Shown here: positions 25,453 to 34,374 of the stretch, in pieces | How positions within the stretch are numbered: the first letter of the stretch is position 1 | Layout: every line of letters starts with the position of its first letter | NCBI GenBank assembly: GCA_036742665.1 | Contig: DAINQP010000003.1 | Location: 3,301-67,300, forward strand | DNA: 64,000 nt | Direction: 5' to 3' | Source of the DNA: Vicinamibacterales bacterium | Lineage (GTDB): Bacteria > Acidobacteriota > Vicinamibacteria > Vicinamibacterales > UBA2999 | Notes under the pieces: model-generated | What the model was told of the DNA's origin: nothing | The model's database searches: none | What the model saw: the letters and a program-made list of their open reading frames with translations, nothing else | Translations under genes and position numbers: made by a program

Positions 25453-26571
25453 ATGACCAAGACGTGGGTCGCAGGTGTGCTCGCCGTTGCCGTGGGGTGC
25501 ACAGCGGCGATCGTGGACGCACAAGGTGGACGCGGCGGTGCTCGCGGTGCAGGTGCCGGCACGCCGGCAACGACAACGCCCGGAACGATCGAAAAGATTA
25601 CCGTCCACGGCAACTCGCTCGAAGGGAACCTCGAAGGCGATTCGCCGGATCGGGATGTCACGGTGTACTTGCCACCGGCATATGCGAGCGATCAGAGCCG
25701 GCGCTTTCCTGTCGTGTATCTGCTGCACGGTTACGGCGGACGCGAGGACACGTTCACGTCGCGTCTCGCAAGTCTTCGGGAGAGCGGCGATCGGCTGGCG
25801 ATCGCACAAGGCTTCAGCAGCGCGATCGTCGTCACGCCGAGCGCGTACACGCTGCACAAGGGCAGCATGTATTCGAATTCACCGACGACCGGCGATTGGG
25901 AGCGCTTCATCGCCGAGGATCTCGTCGCCTACATGGACAAGACCTATCGCACGCTGCCGAGTCGCTTGAGCCGCGGGCTCGCCGGCCACTCGATGGGCGG
26001 TTACGGCGCACTGAAGATCGGCATGAAGCGATCGGATGTGTTCGGGGCGCTCTACATCATGAGCGCATGCTGCCTGTCGGCCAATCGCAATCCGCGACCC
26101 GAGTCGATGGCGGCGGTCGAAGCGATTAAGACGCGGGAGCAGGCCGAAGAAGCGGCGCGCGCGCCGGGCTTCGGCCCGTCAACGACGTTGGCGTCCGCAG
26201 CCGCGTGGTCTCCGAATCCGAAGAACCCGCCGCTCTTCCTCGACCTTCCCGTGAAGGATGGCAAGGTGCGCCCCGATATCGTCGCGAAATGGGTGGCCAA
26301 CTCGCCGATGGAAATGCTCGAGCAGCACGTGGCCGATCTCGGAAAGTACTACGCGGTTGCGATCGAGATCGGGACGAAGGACACGCTCCTCGCGTCGAAT
26401 CAGCAACTGCATGCGGCGATGACCAAGCTGCGCATCCCCCACTACTACGAGGAGTACGACGGCGATCACACCAACAAGGTCCGTGAGCGAATCGAGCAGA
26501 ACGTGCTGCCGTTCTTCGCGCGGAACCTGGTCGCTCCGGCCAATCCGACTAACCCACAGATTCAGCCGTAG
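25453..26571 (+). CDS. Exported esterase (esterase D / enterochelin-esterase-like 'putative esterase' family)
   Basis: GGAG lies upstream of ATG 25453, and there is a signal peptide. Motifs are VTVYLPPAY, RFPVVYLLHGYGG and GHSMGGYGAL. Confidence 0.8.
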   Translation: MTKTWVAGVLAVAVGCTAAIVDAQGGRGGARGAGAGTPATTTPGTIEKITVHGNSLEGNLEGDSPDRDVTVYLPPAYASDQSRRFPVVYLLHGYGGREDTFTSRLASLRESGDRLAIAQGFSSAIVVTPSAYTLHKGSMYSNSPTTGDWERFIAEDLVAYMDKTYRTLPSRLSRGLAGHSMGGYGALKIGMKRSDVFGALYIMSACCLSANRNPRPESMAAVEAIKTREQAEEAARAPGFGPSTTLASAAAWSPNPKNPPLFLDLPVKDGKVRPDIVAKWVANSPMEMLEQHVADLGKYYAVAIEIGTKDTLLASNQQLHAAMTKLRIPHYYEEYDGDHTNKVRERIEQNVLPFFARNLVAPANPTNPQIQP

Positions 26572-26818
26572 TGAAATGAGTGTCTCTCTCTTCGACAGCA
26601 GGCCCGAGAATCAAACGTCCTGACGTGCTGCGCTTCGTCGTCGATCGAACGCTGTCGTGGAGAAGCGAGGCTCTGCGTTCGGCACATCGCGATCGATCAG
26701 CCCGGCGACGCAGCCACTGCGCGGACCCTCGATCACTGCACACTTGAGGGCAAAACATGCTCAGCATTCTTGGCTAAACGCCGGGCTCGTTTACGGGAGA
26801 CGCAGACCTCGGCTCGAT

Positions 26819-27022
26819 TTAGTCGTCGAGGATGAACGTCACCATCATGTTCACTTGATATTCCGTCACGCGGCCGTTGTCACAGCGCACGTGCTGCTCC
26901 TTGATCCACGCACCGCGGACATTCCGCAGCGTCTTGGCAGATCTGGTCAGACCTTGCTGAATCGCATCCTCGAAACTTTTTGACGAGGTCGCGCTGATCT
27001 CGGTCACTTTGGCTACTGACAT
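26819..27022 (-). CDS. Dodecin-family flavin-binding protein
   Basis: GGAGGAGG lies upstream of ATG 27022. The product reads MSVAKVTEISATSSKSFEDAIQQGLTRSAKTLRNVRGAWIKEQHV...VTEYQVNMMVTFILDD. Confidence 0.85.
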   Translation of the reverse strand: MSVAKVTEISATSSKSFEDAIQQGLTRSAKTLRNVRGAWIKEQHVRCDNGRVTEYQVNMMVTFILDD

Positions 27023-27138
27023 GTACGTCCTCCTCCCGCCGGTTGTGGCGAAGTCTACGACACGATCGCACGTCCGCGACGGGTCGATCCCCGAACGCAG
27101 CGAGCGAGCCACGGCCCAATCGCCGTCTCATCGCGCCG

Positions 27139-28128
27139 CTATCGTTCGCTGTCCAGCACGCGCATCTGATGCGCGTCGTACCGTGTGCCGGCAACCGCGG
27201 CAGCTGGAAGCGCTGACTCGATGCGCGCCATGTCGGCGGATGCCAGGGCAATCTGCAAGGCCCGCAGCGATTCGGCGAGCTGCGTTCGCGTGCGTGCGCC
27301 AATCAGCGGCACGATAGTCGGGCCTTTGGCCAGCACCCAGGCGATCGCCAGTTGCGGCGCCGTGGCACCCTTCTCGGTGGCCAGCCGCTGAAGCGCCTCG
27401 ACGAGACGCTCGTTCTTTTCGAGGTTCTCGCCGGCAAAGCGAGGCAGATGGGAGCGAAGGTCGCGCGGCGACCTCGGCTTCGAGCCGCTCAGCAGCCCGC
27501 GGGACAGCACCCCGTAGGCGGTGACCCCGATGCCAAGTTCCGACAGCAGCGGGAAGATCCGCGTTTCGGGACCGCGGCTGATGATCGAGTACTCGATCTG
27601 CAGGTCGGAAATAGGATGGACGGCGTGTGCGCGCCGGATAGTGTCTGGACCAACCTCGGATAATCCAATCGCGCGAACATACCCGGCCTTGACGAGATCG
27701 GCGATCGCGCCGATCGTCTCTTCGATCGGCACGTTCGGATCGAGACGTCCGGGTCGATAGATATCGATGTGATCGACGCCGAGCCGCCGCAGACTGTAGG
27801 CCACGAAGTTCTTCACGGCGCTCGGCCGCGTGTCGATGCCGATCCAACTGCCGTCAGGACTTCGCAGCGCTCCGAACTTGACCGAGATCAGCGCGCTGTC
27901 GCGTCGATCGCGCAAAGCTCTGCCGATGAGTATCTCGTTATGGCCGGCCGCATAGTAGTCGCCGGTGTCGAGCAGCGTTACTCCGGCGTCGAGTGCGGCG
28001 TGAATCGTGGCGATGCTTTCGTGTTCGTCTGCGGGTCCGTACATGTCCGACATGCCCATGCAGCCCAGTCCAATAGGAAACACGAGTAAGCCGTTCGATC
28101 CCAGTTGCCGTGATTGATGGTTGGCCAT
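27139..28128 (-). CDS. Aldo/keto reductase
   Basis: ATG 28128 gives MANHQSRQLGSNGLLVFPIGLGCMGMSDMYG...IHAALDAGVTLLDTGDYYAAGHNEILIGRAL. Confidence 0.9.
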   Translation of the reverse strand: MANHQSRQLGSNGLLVFPIGLGCMGMSDMYGPADEHESIATIHAALDAGVTLLDTGDYYAAGHNEILIGRALRDRRDSALISVKFGALRSPDGSWIGIDTRPSAVKNFVAYSLRRLGVDHIDIYRPGRLDPNVPIEETIGAIADLVKAGYVRAIGLSEVGPDTIRRAHAVHPISDLQIEYSIISRGPETRIFPLLSELGIGVTAYGVLSRGLLSGSKPRSPRDLRSHLPRFAGENLEKNERLVEALQRLATEKGATAPQLAIAWVLAKGPTIVPLIGARTRTQLAESLRALQIALASADMARIESALPAAAVAGTRYDAHQMRVLDSER

Positions 28129-28579
28129 GACTTGAACGTAGATCGTGTGAGGTTCATCGGTAGCGATCAACACGAGACCGATGCAGCTCATGCGTCGAGT
28201 CAGTCACCGCTCAGCCATCCGCAGCTACCGCGACCACGAACGGCTACGTCGCTGACAATGTCGAATCGACGATCAATGTGGCCGAGTGTTCGCGCGGCAC
28301 TAAGTCTGCGACGCAACCCCGTCAGGCCCTGCGAAAACAATTTCTCCATGAGCTTCGATGTGTAAATAGTTCGCGCGACAGATCCGGCCAGTGAGCCAAA
28401 GTAAAAATATACATAGCACTTTCATCAAGCTCAGTAGCGAATCCAGACAGATTTCGCCCCCTCTTGTGTTACCGTTCTTGTGTCGATAGCTCGTTCGTAG
28501 ATTGACGTCCTGCCACCGCCGCTTTTCCGGGCTGTTTTTGATCACGTCGGAAGCGAGCAAGAAAGGCACGGGGAATCCT

Positions 28580-29116
28580 ATGCGCTCTGGGTGTGTCTTC
28601 GTGCGTGTCTCGCGCGCCCTGGCGCTATTGGTCGTTCCTCTCGTGTTGACCACCGCTCTCTCGTCGGCGGCGGAATGCGCGCCCGCCTCGGCAGCGCCTG
28701 AGGAGAAGCTGCAATCACTCGTATCGGACCTCAAGATACGACTATCGATTTCGGTCCCCGTCGTCGTCTCCATCATGCCGACGGATCCCTTGATCATGTC
28801 GGTGAAGCCGCCCGCTGGTCCCAAGGATCCATTCGTGTTGTCAGTCGATGCGGCGTTTCTCGAACAGCTGACCGATGATGAGCTCGAGGCGGCGATCGCA
28901 CATGAGCTCGGACATCTGTGGGTCTTTACGCATCATCCGTTTCTACAGACCGAAGAGCTCGCTAATCAAATCGCCATGCGCGTGGTGAGCCGCGAAACCC
29001 TCGCGCGCGTGTACGCCAAGGTCTGGGCGCGAGGCGGCACGAAAGGCGACCTGAACCGTTTTCTTGGTTCCACATCCACAGCCGCTGGTCTCGGACCAGC
29101 AACTGAGTCTCGATAG
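28580..29116 (+). CDS. Small exported HExxH protein (putative zinc metallopeptidase-like)
   Basis: ATG 28580 gives a signal peptide (LLVVPLVLTTALSSAAE). AAIAHELGHLWVF is the only recognisable motif. Confidence 0.5.
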   Translation: MRSGCVFVRVSRALALLVVPLVLTTALSSAAECAPASAAPEEKLQSLVSDLKIRLSISVPVVVSIMPTDPLIMSVKPPAGPKDPFVLSVDAAFLEQLTDDELEAAIAHELGHLWVFTHHPFLQTEELANQIAMRVVSRETLARVYAKVWARGGTKGDLNRFLGSTSTAAGLGPATESR

Positions 29117-29247
29117 GTCGTTCCCCCACAGCTGACCAGCCTTCGTCGTGAAGGAGGAGCGACTCAGGTCTTCCAGTACACGGATACCACCAGAGTGACC
29201 TGAGCGTTGATGCGCGGCGTCTGCCCCCATGCGCGAGTACCCGATTC

Positions 29248-30489
29248 TCACCAATGTAGAAACAGCGCCAGTTCCTCCAGGAACATCGACCACGCCGGCT
29301 CTTCCTCGAGCATCAAGTGATTCGCGCTGGGCAGCGAGACGTAGCGGGCACCGGGGATGCGCGCGGCCAACTCGCGACCTCGTTCAGTCGGCACTGCGGC
29401 ATCACGGTCGCAATGCAGAACGAGCGTCGGCACCTGTACGAGTGGCAACAGCTCCCGCACGTCGATGTCGGCGCCGCGCTCGAGCAGTCGCGCCGCGTTT
29501 TCGGGCGACGTGGACACACGCTGCATCTCGTCGAACCACTGCTGGTGCTCGGGAGTGGACTCGGGGACGAACCGTGAGGTGAACGTCTTGCAGAACGACG
29601 GATTGTTCAAACCCCACCCTAACCGCAGCAGGCTCGCGAGCGCGTGGTGCGCTTCGATCTCTTCGCGTGTGCCCACATGGTTGATCCCCGCCCCGAACGC
29701 GCCGTGGAGTACCAGGTGCGTGACGCGCTCAGGATGCTTGACCGCATAGGCGATGGCAATCGAACCGCCGCGAGAGATACCGAGCAGTGGAAAGCGCTCG
29801 AGCCGCGCGGCATCGACGACCGTTTCGAGATCGTGTACCCACAGATCGAAGCTGCCGTGATCCACGTCGCGCTGCGACATGCCATTGCCGCGCTCGTCGT
29901 AGCGGACCAACCGATGATGACGCGACAACTCGCCGTACCAGTGGCGCCAGATGGGACTACCCCATTCGAAGTCGAGATGCGTGAGCCAGTTCGACGCCTT
30001 CACGAGCGGTGGTCCGTCGCCGGTGCTGGCGTAGCCGAGCCGGACACCGTCGCCCGTCGTGCAGTACCGGATTTCCTGCCGCGCCTTCGACGCCGCAGAC
30101 CATGACGGCGTGGAGGGGCGTGCTTGCGCGGTGACGGAGCCGGCGAGCGTCTCGACCGGCGCGGCGAAACGATAGCCCACGCGCGGCACCGTCTCGATGT
30201 ACTGCTGTCCAGTGGCGCGCTCGCCGAGCGCCTTCCTCAGCACAGAGACGTTGTGATTGAGGTTGTTCTCCTCGACCGCCGTCTCGGGCCACACCGTGTC
30301 GAGCAACTCTTGCTTGGTGACGAGGCGCCCGGCGTTCTCGACGAGCACGAGCAGTGTGTCGAACACCTTCAGACGCAGCGGGATCACCTCGCCGCTGCGC
30401 GACAGGCGACGCTCGCGAACATTGAGTTGGAAAGGCCCGAACTGATACGTGCCGCGGACGGCGGTATCAACCACCAGTGTCTCTCGCAC
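29248..30489 (-). CDS. One-component regulator: OmpR/PhoB-type winged-helix DNA-binding domain fused to an alpha/beta-hydrolase domain
   Basis: The N-terminus reads YQFGPFQLNVRERRLSRSGEVIPLRLKVFDTLLVLVEN...ETVPRVGYRF (Trans_reg_C type). The C-terminal domain carries GISRGGS (GxSxG), HCDRDAAVP and SANHLMLEE (candidate Ser-Asp-His). Confidence 0.8.
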   Translation of the reverse strand: MRETLVVDTAVRGTYQFGPFQLNVRERRLSRSGEVIPLRLKVFDTLLVLVENAGRLVTKQELLDTVWPETAVEENNLNHNVSVLRKALGERATGQQYIETVPRVGYRFAAPVETLAGSVTAQARPSTPSWSAASKARQEIRYCTTGDGVRLGYASTGDGPPLVKASNWLTHLDFEWGSPIWRHWYGELSRHHRLVRYDERGNGMSQRDVDHGSFDLWVHDLETVVDAARLERFPLLGISRGGSIAIAYAVKHPERVTHLVLHGAFGAGINHVGTREEIEAHHALASLLRLGWGLNNPSFCKTFTSRFVPESTPEHQQWFDEMQRVSTSPENAARLLERGADIDVRELLPLVQVPTLVLHCDRDAAVPTERGRELAARIPGARYVSLPSANHLMLEEEPAWSMFLEELALFLHW

Positions 30490-30506
30490 AAATTGCAGTC
30501 TACCCG

Positions 30507-30541
30507 AACGCTCAGAAAACTTTCAGAAATACGCCAGCGTT
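30507..30541. promoter_or_regulatory. Direct repeat TCAGAAA-N4-TCAGAAA (11-bp phasing) bracketed by AACGCT...AGCGTT in the regulator / SBP56 divergent spacer
   Basis: TCAGAAA lies at 30512-30518 and 30523-30529. AACGCT lies at 30507-30512 and AGCGTT at 30536-30541. Confidence 0.35.
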
Positions 30542-30618
30542 CCTAAAGGACGCCTCCGGCCTTCCGGTCTTACCCTTTCGATAACGCGGATCGAACCGCG
30601 ACAGAAAGGGGCAAGACA

Positions 30619-32028
30619 ATGCCGAAGCTGCTTCCGGACCAGACTTTTTACCCGTCGCCGATGATGGCCATGCAGGCGCCGGCGGAGACGGTGGCGTATG
30701 TAGCGCTGCTCAACCCAAACCCGACCGCGAACGACGCGATGGCAGTGCTCGACGTCAATCCAGCATCGCCGGGGTACGGGGCTCAGCTCGCGCGCGTGGA
30801 CATGCCGCGCGCCGGCGACGAACTGCATCACTTTGGATGGAATGCGTGCAGCTCGTGCCTATGCCCGAACTCGCCGCATCCGCACATGCATCGTCGCTAC
30901 CTCGTGGTGCCCGGCATGCGATCGTCGCGGATCCACATCCTCGACACCGCACCCGATCCGCGGCAGCCGACCCTCGTGAAGGTGATCGAGGCCGAGGAGA
31001 TCATCCGGAAGACCGGTTACAGCCGTCCGCACACCGTGCACTGCGGGCCCGACGGCATCTACGTCAACGCGCTCGGCAACGCTGACGGCGACGGCCCCGG
31101 CGGCATCTTCGTGCTCGATCCAGAGACGTTCGAGATTCAAGGTCGCTGGGAGCGCGATCGCGGACCGCAGCACCTGTCGTATGACTTCTGGTGGCATCTC
31201 GGTCACGACACGATGATCACGAGCGAGTGGGGCACGCCGAAGATGGTCGAGGACGGCGTGGTTCCCGAGCTGCTTCTCGGCGGCAAGTACGGCAACTCGC
31301 TGCATGTCTGGGATCTCAACCGTCGCGTGCATCTACAGCGGCTCGAGCTCGGGCCCGAGTATCAGATGGCGCTCGAGCTGCGACCTGCGCACGATCCAAA
31401 CGAGACGTACGGCTTCGTCGGTGTGGTCACGAGTCTGAAGGATCTCTCTGCATCGATCTGGACGTGGTACCGCGAGGGCAATGGCAAGACGGCCTCGTGG
31501 CGCGTTCGCAAGGTGATCGAAATTCCCGCGGAGCCGGCCGCCGCTGACGATCTGCCTCCGCTCCTGAAGGGCTTCGGCGCCGTACCCCCTCTCGTGACCG
31601 ACATCAATCTGTCGTTGGACGATCGGTACCTCTACGTCTCGTGCTTTGGCACCGGCGAATTGAAGCAGTACGACGTCTCCGATCCATTCAACCCGGTGGA
31701 GACCGGCTCGGTGAAGATCGGCGGCATCGTTGGTCGTCAGTCGCATCCGGCGCGTCCGGGAAAGCGACTCAACGGCGCGCCGCAGATGGTCGAGATCAGC
31801 CGCGACGGCAAGCGCGTGTACGTGACCAACTCGCTCTATCGCGCGTGGGACGATCAGTTCTACCCAGAGGGGATCAAGGGTTGGCTGGCCAAACTCGACG
31901 TGCGCGCGAACGGCGGCATTGAGCTCGACCCTGCCGGCTTCGTGGAGTTCGAGACGATGCGTCCGCACCAGGTGCACCTCGAAGGCGGCGACGCAAGCTC
32001 GGACTCGTACTGCTTCTCGCAGACCTAA
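30619..32028 (+). CDS. Selenium-binding protein 56 (SBP56) family protein, putative methanethiol oxidase
   Basis: It shows strong end-to-end resemblance to SELENBP1. Shared motifs include DELHHFGWNACSSCLCP, RRYLVVPGMRSSRIHILD, HTVHCGPDG, YDFWWH, LTDINLSLDDRYLYVSCFGTGELKQYDVSDP, GGAPQMVEISRDGKRVYVTNSLY and GGDASSD. Confidence 0.9.
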   Translation: MPKLLPDQTFYPSPMMAMQAPAETVAYVALLNPNPTANDAMAVLDVNPASPGYGAQLARVDMPRAGDELHHFGWNACSSCLCPNSPHPHMHRRYLVVPGMRSSRIHILDTAPDPRQPTLVKVIEAEEIIRKTGYSRPHTVHCGPDGIYVNALGNADGDGPGGIFVLDPETFEIQGRWERDRGPQHLSYDFWWHLGHDTMITSEWGTPKMVEDGVVPELLLGGKYGNSLHVWDLNRRVHLQRLELGPEYQMALELRPAHDPNETYGFVGVVTSLKDLSASIWTWYREGNGKTASWRVRKVIEIPAEPAAADDLPPLLKGFGAVPPLVTDINLSLDDRYLYVSCFGTGELKQYDVSDPFNPVETGSVKIGGIVGRQSHPARPGKRLNGAPQMVEISRDGKRVYVTNSLYRAWDDQFYPEGIKGWLAKLDVRANGGIELDPAGFVEFETMRPHQVHLEGGDASSDSYCFSQT

Positions 32029-32067
32029 GGCCTCGGGACCGTTCGGCTTCCTGGAAGGAGCTGTGTC

Positions 32068-32712
32068 ATGCCTACAGAAATGCTCTCCGCGTCGGCTACG
32101 TTGATCGCATTGGGTGCATTCCATGGGATCAATCCCGGAATGGGATGGCTGTTCGCGGTGGCCCTCGGGATGCAGGAGCGCCGCCGCGGCGCGGTGCTGC
32201 GCGCGCTCGTGCCGCTCGGCGCCGGGCACGCGCTTGCCGTGGCAGGCGCTGTTGGCCTGGCGCTGGCGATTGGATACGTGATCCCGCTCGGCTGGCTGCG
32301 TTGGCCAATTGCTGGTGCGCTCGTCTCGCTTGGCGTGCTGCGGTTCTTCCGGCATCGCCATCCACGCTGGGCCGGCATGCGCGTGAGCATGGGTGGCCTC
32401 ACGGTGTGGTCATTCCTGATGGCGACTGCGCACGGTGCGGGGCTGATGGTGATGCCGGTGTTCATGGGCATGTCGATGTCGGGCGCGGGGGGGCACGCGC
32501 ACCATCACATGCATGCCGCAGGTGCGGGCGCGGGTGCTGCGTTCTTCGCTACGGGCCTGCATGCTGTTGGATATCTCGTAGTGACGGCGTTCGTCGCGCT
32601 GCTGGTGTTCGAACGGCTCGGCGTTGGCATTCTGCGCCGCGCGTGGTTCAATCTCGATCTGATCTGGTCGGCCGCGTTGGTCGCGACCGGAGCGGTGACA
32701 CTGATGCTGTAA
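32068..32712 (+). CDS. Polytopic membrane protein with a His-rich loop (putative metal transporter or chaperone)
   Basis: GGAAGGAG lies upstream. The product has about 6 hydrophobic segments. It carries GAFHGINPGMGW, which is faintly NicO/RcnA-like, and the loop SGAGGHAHHHMHAAG. Confidence 0.65.
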   Translation: MPTEMLSASATLIALGAFHGINPGMGWLFAVALGMQERRRGAVLRALVPLGAGHALAVAGAVGLALAIGYVIPLGWLRWPIAGALVSLGVLRFFRHRHPRWAGMRVSMGGLTVWSFLMATAHGAGLMVMPVFMGMSMSGAGGHAHHHMHAAGAGAGAAFFATGLHAVGYLVVTAFVALLVFERLGVGILRRAWFNLDLIWSAALVATGAVTLML

Positions 32713-32810
32713 ACGTCGTCAGAACGTGAGAGCGCGATGTCGGCGCGCGTGCTCGGTCGCCCACCAATACGGCTGACCGACGCGGTGGCGAAGCTGCTAC
32801 CATCCGCGTC

Positions 32811-33551
32811 ATGACGACGAATGCGTTCCTGGTTCGAGTGCTGTCGGCAGTTACCGTGCTCTCGCTCGCTGCCGTTGGAGCCCGGCCGGTGCGAGGCGAA
32901 GTACTCGAGAAGTCGGCGCGAGTGGGACGCGTGACCGTTCACTACAAGGTGGTCTTGCCCAATGGCTACGACGCCTTGAAAACGTACCCGGGCATCATCG
33001 CGCTCGGGGGCGGTCCGCAGACGATGAACACCGTCGACGGGGTTCTGAATCGCAACTTCCGCGCTGAAGCCGAGAAACGCGGCTACATCGTCATCGCCCC
33101 GGCGGCGCCGGACGGACAGTTGTTTTTCGAAGACGGCGCTCGCATCTTTCCCGAGTTCCTGAAGCTCGTTCTGGCCGACTACAAGATCGAGGGCGGCAAG
33201 TTCCACATCGGGGGACCATCGAACGGTGGCATCGCGGCATTCCATGTCGCGGCCGCCAACCCGCAGTACTTTCTGTCGGTCACCGCGTTTCCAGGGTACA
33301 TGTGGGAGCCGAACCCGGTGAAGCTTCAAGCGATTTCGAAGATGTGTGTGTTCATGTACGTCGGTGAAAACGATGAGTACAGATGGCATGAGGAGATGAA
33401 GCACGAGGCCGAGTTCCTCCGCTCGAAAGGAACCGTCGCGCGTTACTCGATCGAAAGAGGACAGCCGCATCGGCTGGAGACGCTGGCAGGTCCGAATGCC
33501 ACGCGGCTGTTCGACGGCTTCGAGGAAACGAAGCGAGGCTGTAGCCGTTAG
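32811..33551 (+). CDS. Exported alpha/beta hydrolase (esterase / dienelactone-hydrolase-like)
   Basis: It has a signal peptide. GGPSNGG is the nucleophile-elbow-like motif, and a VGENDEY ... H pattern follows. Confidence 0.65.
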   Translation: MTTNAFLVRVLSAVTVLSLAAVGARPVRGEVLEKSARVGRVTVHYKVVLPNGYDALKTYPGIIALGGGPQTMNTVDGVLNRNFRAEAEKRGYIVIAPAAPDGQLFFEDGARIFPEFLKLVLADYKIEGGKFHIGGPSNGGIAAFHVAAANPQYFLSVTAFPGYMWEPNPVKLQAISKMCVFMYVGENDEYRWHEEMKHEAEFLRSKGTVARYSIERGQPHRLETLAGPNATRLFDGFEETKRGCSR

Positions 33552-33573
33552 TTTGAGTTACAGTAATTCCGCT

Positions 33574-34368
33574 ATGACTACCACACGCCGCGACTTCGTC
33601 AGAATTGCCGGCACGGCAACAGCCGCTGCCCTGCTGTCCTCGCCCGTGTTCGGTGCGAACGAACCGGCGCTGGGCCTGATCTTCCCACCGAAGGACTATC
33701 CGATTCCCCCCGACGCGAAGCGGTTGTATCCGAGCGGCGTCGAGTTCCTCGGCGACGGCGTGGGTCTGCCGGGCGGCATGACGATCGAAGGCTACGAGGA
33801 AGCGATTCCTCGCGTGGTGCCCGTGGCTGAATCACTCGCCAAGCGCGGCGCCAAAGTCATCTCAGTCTTCGGGTCCTCCCTGACCTTCTACAAGGGTGCG
33901 AAATTCCACGAGGAGTTGATGCAGCGGGTGACGAAGGCGACCGGCATGAAGACCACGACGCAGAGTAACGGACTGCTCGACGGTCTGCGCACGGCCAACG
34001 CCAAGCGCGTCGCGCTCGCGACGGCGTACACCGACGTCGTGACCGAGCGTCTGAAGATCTTCCTCCAGGAGTACGGGTTCGAAGTCACCGCCGCGAAAGG
34101 ACTCGGGTTCACCTCGGTGCCCGACGGCTCGAACACACAGGCCATCCTGCACAAGCTCGGGATGGAGGCCTATGCGGCGTCGCGTAACGCCGATGCGCTG
34201 GTGATGTCGTGCGGCGCACTGCGCACGCTCGATGTCATCGTCCCGCTGGAGAAGGAGATCGCCGCGCCGGTGGTGTCGTCTACACCGCATGGATTGATGA
34301 ACGGCGTGCGGATGCTCGGCGTAAACCCGCGCGTGCAAGGCTTCGGGATGGTGTTCGCCAAAGCCTGA
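33574..34368 (+). CDS. Tat-signal Asp/Glu-racemase-superfamily protein (maleate isomerase / arylmalonate decarboxylase-like)
   Basis: ATG 33574 gives MTTTRRDFVRIAGTATAAALL (twin-arginine motif). VMSCGALRTLDVIVPLEKEIAAPVVSSTPHGL matches the C-terminal-half Cys motif. The N-terminal-half position reads GSSLTF, with no Cys. Confidence 0.7.
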   Translation: MTTTRRDFVRIAGTATAAALLSSPVFGANEPALGLIFPPKDYPIPPDAKRLYPSGVEFLGDGVGLPGGMTIEGYEEAIPRVVPVAESLAKRGAKVISVFGSSLTFYKGAKFHEELMQRVTKATGMKTTTQSNGLLDGLRTANAKRVALATAYTDVVTERLKIFLQEYGFEVTAAKGLGFTSVPDGSNTQAILHKLGMEAYAASRNADALVMSCGALRTLDVIVPLEKEIAAPVVSSTPHGLMNGVRMLGVNPRVQGFGMVFAKA

Positions 34369-34374
34369 TCTCCC

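Noticed and set aside
26572-26818. The 247-bp convergent spacer between the esterase and dodecin genes as a small-RNA or small-protein locus (track ORFs 26549-26767 and 26657-26983).
   Set aside because: I found no RBS, no convincing hairpin/terminator pair, no repeat and no motif. The track ORFs overlap flanking genes and look compositional. I cannot support a feature without expression data.
28278-28320. GTGGCCGAGTG..., which resembles the D-arm of Ser/Leu tRNAs.
   Set aside because: I could not fold a cloverleaf. The only candidate anticodon stem leaves an 8-nt loop. There is no GTTCGAATC-type T-arm and no acceptor pairing.
30619-32028. A possible selenocysteine (in-frame TGA) in the selenium-binding-protein homolog.
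   Set aside because: The ORF is uninterrupted from ATG to TAA. The position equivalent to the CSSC motif reads CSSCLC with ordinary Cys codons.
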